The notes under the pieces: model-generated
The model's input: only the letters and a program-made list of their open reading frames with translations
What the model was told of the DNA's origin: nothing
Database searches by the model: none
Shown: positions 11,316 through 21,779 of the stretch, in pieces
Position numbering within the stretch: the first letter of the stretch is position 1
Layout of the letters: every line of letters starts with the position of its first letter
Program-made: the position numbers and the translations under genes
NCBI GenBank assembly: GCA_024626585.2
Contig: JANKJI020000002.1
Coordinates: 228,063,976-228,087,781, forward strand
Direction of reading: 5' to 3'
Source: Ginkgo biloba
Taxonomy: Eukaryota; Plantae; Ginkgophyta
Length of the DNA: 23,806 nucleotides

Positions 11316-14127
11316 GCTCGTAGAAGGACAATTCATGTAGTAGATGGCCAAGTTTTATGTGATCTGACTCCCAATTATTTCCAGAAGATGTTTGAGATAC
11401 CTAACATATAAGAGGTTTTCTCTTTTGACATAGCAAAACAATTTTACCAACATCATCATCAAGTTACGAGGTTGATTAATTCTTAGCACAATGATCTAGT
11501 GATAAACCTTGCTACTAAGCCTGTGTATGAGACCAATAAGTTAGAGGAGGAGTATAAGAACATTGTGGCCCTATTAAATAGGGTTTTTGAAGAAATATAC
11601 ACCATAAAGATGTATCATTCTATGGTTTACCTAGTATATCAAGTAAGTAAGGTGGGTAAAAGATTTAATTGGTCTAAAATTATCAGTGATACCATGGTAA
11701 GATAGTTTTTTGAGTTTCCCAAAATAGGTAAATTATATATGGTTTCATATATTATTTACTCCATACTCTTTTCTAGAGTATTTTTGGGATTTCTATATAA
11801 TCGCATACATAAGGAAGAGAGAGGATTACCAGTGTAATTTTGGTATCCTAAAGTGTGGAAAGATAAATATAAGCCTTACTATTTCTTTATTAATGATAAA
11901 TTTATATATCAAGTATATATCCTTCTACATGATAAACAACTTCCCAAAACTTACAACCATGTGAAAGAGGATTTGATTAGAATTAGTGATTGGTACTTTG
12001 AGAAGACTTATTCTTATAGTGTGCTTTATGACTTTGATGGTGCTCCCTATCATTTGCTAAAGTATATTGATGATCACATGAAAATTTATAAAATTTATTG
12101 GAAAATAATAGTTATTCATACCAAAGTTTCTCAGAGATGGAAAAAGGCATCCTTTCATTCATTCCCCTTTAGAATTGGAGATTTTATAGTAACCAATATT
12201 ATCCAGGCTAAGGCTCATACCAAAGAAATCTTGAGTTACATTTTGAAAGAAGATAGTTAGAGACAATATGATCTCGATGGGGTCTTTACAAACAATTACC
12301 AACTTCAATCCTATTATGTGTTTGATCTAGGAGATAAATATCGTAATCTGATTGATTATAATTGGGTGGCACACAAGTGCAAAAGTAGAAAAACACCTCC
12401 AAGCAGCCCTAAAAATTTGTGACTTTCTAAATAAAATGAATAAGATCAACAATGGGATGATATTGGGTTACCTTTGAGAAGTGAAGGGAATTGTGATCAT
12501 GGCAAAGAATAAGGTGAAGCCAAGCAAACACCTATTATTAATAAAGGAATAGGATAATCTTCAAGACCTTGTAGAGAAAAATAAACCCAAGAACAAATAT
12601 CTATAATAAATCAACATGGTATCTCTAAAGGAGGAGGGGATAATGGTTATGATGACCCTAAAAAGGGTAGGAAACATAAGCAAGCTCATGAAGAGGAAGG
12701 AACAACCCCCAAAGGTAAAAGATCTCTCTGATGCCAAAGTTTATTCAATACTAGTGATTCATTAGGTAAAGAAAAATAAGATGTTGGTTTGCCTTCTCCC
12801 AACACTTTGGTAGAAATCACGTCATCAAATACGAAAAAAGGTATGATCAGTACAGAGTCAATAGAGGAAGAAATCCCTTAAGGACAATTAGTCTTGAATC
12901 CTTGGTTAGTGGAATTGATGAATTATCATTAAATCTCTAGCGAGGAGAGTGATTTTACCATGATGGACTTCAACAAGTAGCACACATCCTTTACTTTGGA
13001 TTCTAAGAATAAAGCCATCAAGATAAGGTCTGCAAGGATGAAAGCTTCCAAAGATAAGACATAGGTGACTTATTTCTGATGTGTTGCTACAAGAGATAGA
13101 AATTGATATGAAGCAATTGACAACTCAAGAAGCTATGAGTTTTCATAAAGACTCATTTAAAGCTTTACAATTTAAAGTTAATGAATTAACTTCGGATAAT
13201 GCTCAGTTGAGAGAGCATAATCAAGCCTTAAGAGTAAGAATAAATGAATATGATTCTACTTTTTCTCCTCCTATCCTGGTGTAGCCTATTCAAGTGATTG
13301 GGCCTTCAAATGACACTAAATTATAATGGAAAATTCACAATGCTAGCATATGTCAAAATTCCTTTGTATAATATATGAAAGGTATGGTGAAGGATATGGT
13401 TAAGGAAGGGTCACAATTATGGATAATGGCCGATAAAATTAAGGAACTTATCATCAATACCTCGACATGCCAAGACGCTTATCCTAAGTTGATCAAAGAA
13501 TTGAAAGAATTCTTAGAAAATGAACTAGTCGAATATAGTAAATTCGTCAGCCTAGGAAGTAGAGATACATACCCCAGAATGAAAGACCTAGGTTATATTA
13601 GAGATTCCATCATTCTGGAAAAAGAATTCAGTAGGGAGGCATGTGAAAGGTTTGTAAGCATGAGGGGCAGTATTTTTGGGAAGAAGACCACCTTGGAGAT
13701 GGTGGCATTAGAAAACTTTATTCCATCCCCTTGGATGGAAGGTTGATTGGCCTTTAAGGGCGATAATTTAGGTGTACATCAATCCAAGGAGACTACGTTT
13801 GTACATTAATTATAGGAGGGGGAGATTATTGATCCTAACCTGTTAAACCAGATGCTAAAGGATAAGAGTAAGTAAAATCAAGAGATAGAGTTTATTTTAA
13901 GGCATGAAATTAAAGATGTGGGTTCAGGGATCTCTATTAGAAGAATAAATATTTTAAGAAAGAGAGTTTAGCGATCTCTATTGGAAGAATAAATATTTTA
14001 TAACAATAAAACCATGGTATATATAATAAAAATTATGGTCCTTGAATGAGTTAGAGGAAAATAAGGCACATATGGTCAACACAAGAACCCAGAGAAGTTA
14101 ATCACTAAACTTTGCCATAATCCTTAA
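11316..14127 (+). pseudogene. Copy B of the long uncharacterised accessory ORF (5' end lost in gap)
   Basis: One frame from 11316 to ~12580 includes track ORFs 11499 and 11853: QVLCDLTPNYFQKMFEIP...IVALLNRVF...FNWSKIISDTMVR*FFEFP...LYMVSYIIYSILFSRVFLG...GLPV*FWYPKVWK...ISDWYFEK...DLGDKYRNLIDYNWVAHK. A K/E/S/G-rich linker follows, then a helical C-terminus (track ORFs 13081 and 13375). Homologous to copy A in the N- and C-terminal blocks. Confidence 0.88.
13929..14000 (+). repeat. Short direct repeat, 28 bp x2, 44-bp period
   Basis: GATCTCTATT(A/G)GAAGAATAAATATTTTA at 13929-13956 and 13973-14000. Confidence 0.9.
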
Positions 14128-14425
14128 TTGTTTCAATTGTCCCAACGAACAAGGTCGCCAGCAAGTTTTATAAAAAGAGAGGATGAAAAGAGATTGGGGA
14201 GGAACCATTATTTACACTAGATGAGAAAATCCCTGACTTCTATCTCCCATTCTTTTCTTTTTCTTTCGGTAGGTTTGTAATACCAGTGTTATGATATTGT
14301 CTATGTTTGGAGCTTATGTACACCTGATTGGGTTCATCTTATCATTTTTATAGAACATTATAGGATCAATTGGTTCTAGATTTTAATATTTCTATGCATT
14401 ATTGAGATTCTACACTTGTAATCCA

Positions 14426-14634
14426 AATAATTTTTGAATAAAAGAAATGGTTTTCATGTTTACAACATTGATGTGATCGAGCATTATTAGAATGTTGTGT
14501 TGTGAATCATGAATAAAATTCTCTATTTCCTAATAATTTTTGAATAAAATAAATGGTGTTCATATTTATAACATTGATGTGATCAAGCGTTGCTAGCATA
14601 TTGTGTTGTGACTCATGAATAAAATTATTTATTT
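14426..14634 (+). repeat. Tandem duplication, 106-bp unit x2
   Basis: Units start AATAATTTTTGAATAAAA at 14426 and 14532, with about 13 mismatches over ~103 bp by eye. Confidence 0.93.
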
Positions 14635-15299
14635 AAAAATTGAGTGCTAATAGTATTTACCAGTAGATATTTTTGTGATATATTTAGGTTTTTATTCAAT
14701 GTTCATGTCTAGCATTGTTGGCATATTTTTGAGAACTTCCCTTAGATTATGAGATTAATTTTAACTAGTCATGTTTTATGATTCTAGTTTCTATATCTTG
14801 AGGTATTGATTTAAATGGTTCAAAGTTATGCCTTATCATTCCATGTTCAAAGGATTTTACTTTGAGAATTGCTGGAGGATTTTCTTTAAACATGATAAAT
14901 TTTAATATTTAGTTTTGATTTTGAGTTCTTTCGAGCATTGCTAAAAGAAGTCCAATTCAACTAGCCAAGAAGCTTGTATAATCAGAGGATCAGGAACTTC
15001 TAGTTCTTAAAATAATTAAGCCTTCTTCAAACCTACTTAAGAAGACCTGAGGGACCTCCTTTATAGCATTGAGAGGTATCCCTAGGAGGGTGCTCAATAT
15101 TTTTATTCTTTTCCTCCTTTTCCTCACCAAGCTTACACTTTTCTCCATTGCCTTTTTAGGCTATGGATTAGTTTGATATTCCTTTTCTATCTTTGTTGTT
15201 TGAATTATGTTCAATACATTACAACTTCCTTGCATATTGTGAATATATTGATTTGCGATTTTATTTTCATTCTTTGTGTTTAAACTAGTTCATTTTCCA

Positions 15300-15400
15300 C
15301 TATAAATACTTGAGGGAACTTCCCATTATAAATGTGAAGGGATTCTGACTCTCGTTTCTATCCTAATTTTGTATGATCCTTTCCTTGGGCTTGATAGTCA
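15300..15400 (-). pseudogene. C-terminal tip of a Tat/Athila-type integrase
   Basis: Minus strand reads KGSYKIRIETRVRIPSHL / NGKF / LKYL* with frameshifts, resembling the G(A/S)YxL...NGxFLKxY* end of non-chromovirus gypsy pol. Confidence 0.55.
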
Positions 15401-15444
15401 ATTATTGAATTATCCAAGATACAAAAAATATAGGCAACAAGTAT

Positions 15445-15764
15445 TTATTGGATCAAGATTCTTTAAAGCCTCTCACCTTAAAGAATTAGAGGAGATCAAT
15501 GGAAAAGATTCTCCTTTCATATTATCATTTGGAGGTCTATTATGATCATAGCTATATGTCTTATGAAAATAATATTAGGCAGAGATCCTTCCTCATGGGA
15601 GATAGTTCCCTTAAGCTTGACTCCCTCTTTTATAGAAAAGGAAAGTTTGTACCCAAATGTATTATTCCCTTCATTGTTCTAAAGGATCTAAAAATGGAGC
15701 CTATCATATTTCTACTCTGGATTGACATGATTTTCAACAATTTTTTAATCTATACTACCCATAG
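15445..15764 (+). pseudogene. C-terminal part of an Ogre/Tat-type integrase
   Basis: ASHLKELEEIN / KILLSYYHLEVYYDHSYMSYENNIRQRSFLMGDSSLK...RKGKFVPKCIIPFIVLKD / NGAYHISTLD*HD...LYYP* matches LxxLDExR..HL..YQ...VRxRxFxxGDLVL...KGKFxPxWxGPY...GAYxL...YY*. It includes track ORF 15499-15771. Confidence 0.82.
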
Positions 15765-15781
15765 AATCTAATTAAAAAATT

Positions 15782-15802
15782 TATATATATATATATATAT
15801 AT
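15782..15802. repeat. (TA)n microsatellite in the A/T-rich post-pol region
   Basis: About 10 TA units. Confidence 0.9.
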
Positions 15803-17416
15803 CAAATCAATAACTAAAAAAATATTTCAAACCACCAAAAATCATAAAAAATATATATATTCTAAAAAATATTTATATATATACAAATTTGTTTTTCCAA
15901 ATGGTTATAATATAATATTATCTCTCATATAACTACATATTTATCTAGTTCATAGCAAAAAAATATGTATATACATATACAAAAAAAAAATATATCCACC
16001 AAAGAGTTTGTGCTCAATGGTACTCATTGCTTGGGTCACTTTCTATGACTCCCTCTTACCTCAATATTCTCATCATTTTCTACTTGCTAAATTGTCTTTA
16101 GAGGGTCCTACAGGAAACTCCTACCAACCATCTTAAAATATTGACCTCAACTCATAGGTGCACATTGTTCACTAGTAGAGAATTATGGCACTCTTATGCC
16201 TAGATAACCAGTGCAAAGATGACTATATGAGAATGAGAAGTGACTGGATATTTCATATTAAAAAATGGATGAGATGGGTCCCCATAGGCATATTAGAATA
16301 CATCCTTAAGTATGGATCATACCTATTCCATTGGTATCATTATTTCTATGTTTACAATCATAGCATAAAATTGATGATTAGGATCCTTTTCAAATTTCTA
16401 TAGTTAAAAAAAAATTTGAAAGAAGGATAATAAATTATGCACCATGTGAAGGCTACTCACAATGATATCATCAAGGATCACCTATATCCCTATATTCCCC
16501 TATAAGAGAATAAATTGGGTCCTATATCTAGGCCTTCTCCTATCCTCCATGTTTTAATACAAAGGACATCCCATGTTCATTTCCCCCTTTATCTAAGGGT
16601 TGATCCTTCTATTTCTCTCTCACCTAACCCTACTCTCCAACTATTATAAATACCTCATGATGAACTTATTTCTTATCTCTTGTTCCCCCTTTTCCTCTCT
16701 ATTAAGTAGCTCTATATCTTATTCCTAATTAATGTCATTATAAATGTCTATGACCCTCATATCTAAAGTTAGCTCTGTAAATACTATCCAAGTGCCTCCC
16801 TTCCTTAGATGAGTGGGATGCCAGGGTGAGGATGTCATCATTATATACCACCTCCTCATAGTAGGATCATCTTCTCTTATATGGATTGGGGATTCAATGC
16901 GTTATCATCCTTTTTAGCACCTCTAAATTCACCCTTCTAGTACACATAATGTTATTCATTATAACCATTCTTTGAGCATTTTACCATTATAATTCAGATC
17001 TCATAGGTCAAGAATGAATCATCATTTCATGATCATTTGACATATATTCATATTATTATTTCTTTATTTTTCCTCTTATATCTCATGCTATCATGCCACA
17101 TACACACTTTAACCCTTATGTCCCTAATTAACCATTGACATTATACCTCTTACAAATATAACACCAATCATTCACTTGACCATATATTCCCATGACCTCC
17201 ATTATCAACCAAATTCATTCACTATCCTCAAGGTCATGGATACATTATTTAATTATAAATATCCTTTTTATTTTTCATCTTAAAGTGTTGATGTGAATTC
17301 TATGAACTTATTATCATTATATTAAGCACTTTTGTCAATTGTTATCATTGAGATTCTTCTACAAGACATATTTTATAAGCATGTTATTATCACTAGCACT
17401 AAGCATGAGATTCTAT

Positions 17417-17417
<1 letters not shown>

Positions 17418-17447
<30 letters not shown>
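17418..17447 (+). repeat. (AG)15 microsatellite
   Basis: Perfect AG dinucleotide run. Confidence 0.97.
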
Positions 17448-17451
<4 letters not shown>

Positions 17452-17708
17452 AATATATTCATCCGCATTACTATTACAAACATGGATAATATTATTCCAT
17501 TCATAAGTGATGTTGCATAATTTATATTAATAAAATATCTTCTTTCATAATTATTTATCTATCTTGTGTTGTCAATTTTACATGATTCTATAATCGCAAT
17601 GTGTGATTCTTTCATCATTATTGCATATATTATTTATGTTCCCTTATTCATAATATTTTGTAGGTCTAATTACAACTCAAAGTCTTGAATTAAATCACAT
17701 CAAGGGGA

Positions 17709-17730
17709 TTCACAAGAAGCTTCTTGTGAA
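17709..17730. repeat. Perfect 22-bp palindrome
   Basis: TTCACAAGAAGCTTCTTGTGAA equals its own reverse complement. Confidence 0.97.
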
Positions 17731-18649
17731 AGATCCATTATTCTCATCGACCAGTAGTGAGTTCTGAACAAACTCAATCCTTCAACGTGTGTTTGTGGTA
17801 TGATTTTACTCACCCCAAACTATTATTTTATATAGAGTCATTTTATACCACCAACACTATGGTAGGCCATAATTTATAAAAACTATTAAATATCCATGCC
17901 TATAATAATGAACTATAAGTGAGGGTCATATGGCCCCTTTATTGTATCACATCCAACAAGATTAATAGAGTGTTGAGAACGTATCCATATAGGTCATACC
18001 TCACATCCTATATACACCTATTGATCACTAGGATTTATCCAAATGGCATACCCTCAAAATTATAGCTATATGAGATTCTAAATATTATGATCATGTGAAT
18101 CACTCTTTGGATTAATGGGACCCTATCACTCTATAGTATATTGATGGACACCCTATGAGTGTTCATATTAATAGATATCTCATGTCCACTTAGATAAATT
18201 TCCACATCTCAATTAGTCACCTAATTCTATAATTTGGCTGCCTCTCATGTAGAACTAAGTCCCATTACTGTGTATACATCTATCTTTGTGAGATGTACTT
18301 TGCTAAAGACATATAGTTTGAAGACATGAACAACCAAATCCTAGTACCTATTAACAAATTCATAGGGTGGCACCTAGAGCTTAGGTTTGGATAAGGCCAA
18401 TTGGTCTGCAAAAAACTCTAGAGGTGGGAAAATGGGGTATCTTAGGACTTATGTGATTGTTTAAATCACTAACTAAACCCCCAAATTCAAATAGGATTTC
18501 CCAGGTAAAGTTAAAATTTCAACCAAAGATAATCTAGGATAAAGTGGTGACAAATATTGAAAGCAATCAAAGGAAATGAGACTGTTAAGACTCATACACT
18601 GTGACAGAAAATAGAATTTGTGAATTTTTAGTGCTAGCAATGAACCAAG

Positions 18650-18749
18650 NNNNNNNNNNNNNNNNNNNNNNNNNNNNNNNNNNNNNNNNNNNNNNNNNNN
18701 NNNNNNNNNNNNNNNNNNNNNNNNNNNNNNNNNNNNNNNNNNNNNNNNN
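18650..18749. other. Assembly gap (100 N)
   Basis: Run of 100 N. Confidence 1.
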
Positions 18750-19312
18750 TTTATCTCTGACCAATGTATAGGTCTGTCAATTTTTAAAGTCTCCCTTCAC
18801 GCTATCGAATTTTTTCTCTATCTATCTGTACAGAGAAATTGACTCCTCTATGTGCTACTCTGTTACTCTTCGTCTGAGTCGTTCGTCGGTTTATTTTCGT
18901 GTCCGTTCTCCCTTCTATTCCCTCTCTTTCAGTCATCCTGATCTCTGCTTTTTATAGTCGCACGGGTCGTTAAACCGTTGTGTAACTGATAACTGTCGGA
19001 CTGTCAATTATGGTATGTCGGAGTCCCTTCGTCGATTTTCTGCTTGTCGATTTATATCAATTTTGCTTTTGAAAAATTCACCTTCGTCGATCGTCGGATT
19101 AGAAAAATCCTTGTCGAGTTTTGTCATGTCGACTGTCGGATTTCTATGTCATGTTAGTCGTCGATTTTCTATGTCATGTCAGATTTTTACAAACCGACTT
19201 CATTTTTGAAGTCAACATCAGTTTGAAAATCGACATGAAATTTTGATTAACTTTTAAAGTTTATCAACTACTTTAAACTTTAAAGAATTGAAGTTTAAAA
19301 GTTATGTATTAC
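18750..19312 (-). mobile_element. Young CpG-rich LTR (U3 and TATA region) nested in the older LTR
   Basis: About 15 GTCG motifs (GTCGA/GTCGG), TATAAAAAG on minus at ~18948-18956 followed by purine-rich R-like sequence, and a right end ...GTTATGTATTAC(C) resembling a (T)GTAAT LTR start on minus. CpG content is far above the flanks. Confidence 0.62.
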
Positions 19313-21267
19313 CCCCACTCTGGGTTGAATGGTGATGGTCTCAGAGGCCATAGACATCCCGTTTGGAAGTTGTATTGAAATATTTTTTCGGTTATAGAAA
19401 ATAGACGATTTCAATAATTTTTTGAGCACCCCTTGGTCGCATCGTAACTTTTGATCCACAACTCTATTTCTTGAGTTCTTGGGCTCATTTTAAAGCCTAG
19501 AGAGAATTCTGCAACTTTTTCCTTATGGACCTTTTGCTAAATTCCGCTCTAATTTTTTTGCATTTTGACCTCAAGTTGGATTTTTATCCCAAAATGGCAA
19601 AATAGGGTCCTGGACCTGGATCAGGTTGAAACTCTTGAACCATAAATCCATTTCTTATACTGCTAAATTTATTGTAAATATATTTGAAAGCTGTACAACT
19701 CTTTCCTTGAGGACTACTAGCTCAAAAGTGATTACTTTCTTCCAAATTTTAGTTGTAAGTTAAGACTTCATGAAAAATTGACAGAAATATCACTATGAAC
19801 TAAAAGGGGAGACTTGGCACCATCCTATCATGGCTGAGTGAGAAAAATTTGGAGTCAACAGTACCTAATCAATTTCCTTATGATCTCCTTATCAAAGTTA
19901 AGTTGGGATTTCAATGATAGCCTCTACATCATGCACCTCTAAAGAATCCCCCAATCCTCCTCACCACATTATACTGCCAATTTGTGTATGATGTCTCCAT
20001 CATTCTCTTGACCATGCACTGTGACATGATCTTACAAATGGAAGTCAAACTAATGATTTACTTCTCTATTATTCTTCCCATTAATTCACTCATAGATTAT
20101 GTTTTATTGATAGTGTGCACCTTCAGTGCACTAATAAGTGGTACACTATTTAAAATAATATTGATTTGTGGCATACAGAGACTCTAAGGATCATACTAAT
20201 AATGATAATTATTTTATAAATAAAATAAAAAAATAAAAAAAGGATTTATAAAATAGATCTATGAGCTTAAGGCTGTCCCTCTATGAGAAATATTTTCATT
20301 TTTATGATCAAAATAAGAAATTTCTTACTATCCCTAAAATGAAATCCTACAATGTATAATATTAAAAAATTTAAATTATAGGGGTATGGGTCCTACTAGA
20401 ATATCATCCATCATAATTTTTTTATAGAATAAGTCTCATTATCTCTCAAGCTAAATAAATTGGAAGAAGAGAGGTCTTGACAAGATAATCTCCTCAAACC
20501 TAAAGTTTGAGGTATCTCTAACCTAGAAAACCCAATGGATGTTAGTACCACATTTTTACATGGTACATTATAGCTATCAGGCATATCTCTTGATAGATAT
20601 AATGTCACTCTTCATTCTACCCTAATGATATAATTTTGGTCAAGCAAATATAGGCTTCAAGTCCTTAGAGATAAAAGAAATATATTTGTGCTTCTTAAAA
20701 ATGTATATCTTGCTGAAGACCTTACCTCTATGTAAGTTATGTAACTTATAAAATATAAAGCCTAGGTTGTAGGAGAAATAAAGGATAAAAAATAGGTAAT
20801 TATTCATAATGGAAGAGAAGTGATTTAGGATTCTCCTCTTCTAGGTTGGTCCTTCCATTAGATTAATAAATGAAGACAAACTCAAAATGGGTCACCCATA
20901 AGATCCATAGTCATTTCTTGTTGGAATTACAATGGTGTGTCTAGTCTTATCCTAGAACCATCCATGATGTAATCTAGAGACAAGATATAATCTTCCTTAT
21001 TAAGACTCATGAGAGCCCTGAGATATCTCTTCCTCTAGTATCTATATTCGTATGTATCTCATATTATAGGTAGGAAAATAGGATGTATGGGGGGTTCATA
21101 GGTTGGGTGGAGTTTCTTATCTCACTAAGTACCACCTTTATCCTTTCATCTTCTTGGTTTCTATAGATATGATCTCTAGATTCATGAGGATTCATTTTAG
21201 AAGGGGGTATTCCAACAAGATCATTTATATTTCCATCTATTACTTTCCACATGCCATAAATATTTTT

Positions 21268-21479
21268 TCATTCATACATATGGTGACCTATCCCTTGACC
21301 TCTATCATAATATTTCACAGTTATTGGCTATGGGTGAAGTCATTTTTCTAGGGTAATTTAATGCTCAGACTAACGACCTTTAATATCCTCTCCATGACTT
21401 GATAGAGGATTGTTGATGGACTCATGAGTTTTACACCTTAAAATTCCATATAGATAGATGGTAAACTAACATAGATCTT
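21268..21479 (-). pseudogene. LINE (L1-type) ORF1 remnant with degenerate zinc knuckle
   Basis: KIYVSLPSIYMEF* resembles IWVxLPxLPxEFW and ERILKVVSLSIKLP resembles ARILVEVDLSxxLP. YDRGQGIGHHMYE* has exact CX2CX4HX4C spacing, and each Cys position is one substitution from TGT (TAT, GGT, TGA). Confidence 0.6.
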
Positions 21480-21779
21480 CTAATCACATCCTATAGTCAA
21501 CATATTCTTACTCTTGGTGAGTCTAATGGTGTATTTTGTTTTAACAGAATCATTATTTTTCTTAGGTCTAAAGGATTTACTTATTATCCTCATAAAGGAG
21601 GAGATAGTTTTGTTGATTCTGTATTATTTAGATCTTTTGTACTACCCTTTATCTAGGACTTTTGAGTCTCCAAATTCCTCCCTCTTGCTAATCATGCTTA
21701 ATTATTCTTCACTCCATCAGGTTCACCCCCTATCCCTCTTAGTTCCATCCCCTTACCACTTAGCCCCTAGATTCATTTT

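Larger units (their letters stand above)
16833..17856 (+). mobile_element. Candidate 3' LTR of the plus-strand Ogre/Tat element (left boundary uncertain)
   Basis: Purine-rich AGGGTGAGGA precedes TGT at 16833, TATAAATA lies at 17254, an AG tract follows, and the U5-like end reads ...TTTTATACCACCAACA at 17856. Confidence 0.4.
18349..19860 (-). mobile_element. Ogre/Tat-like LTR insertion (probable solo LTR) with 5-bp TSD, spanning a gap
   Basis: The right end GTCAACA (19854-19860) reads TGTTGACTCCAAATTTTT on minus. The left end TATTAAC (18349) is a degenerate TGTTGAC. GTACC flanks both sides (18344-18348 and 19861-19865). Confidence 0.68.

Noticed and set aside
8889-11316. Head-to-head arrangement of ORF copies A and B as a bidirectional gene pair
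   Set aside because: A 100-N gap of unknown size and orientation lies between them, and they are too diverged to be a local inverted duplication. Two independent insertions is the simpler explanation.
13929-14634. CRISPR-like repeat-spacer array
   Set aside because: There are only two units each, they are simple tandem duplications, the context is eukaryotic and no cas genes are present.
15996-16080. Third SINE (TGCTCAATGG A-box-like)
   Set aside because: No B box, tail or TSD found.
20411-20790. Tat-type additional (archaeal-like) RNase H domain (TT*ALYFIS...PCKN)
   Set aside because: The catalytic DG, AEYEA and GDS motifs are absent and spacing is wrong. The upstream LINE ORF1 context fits a decayed endonuclease at least as well, and neither reading is secure.
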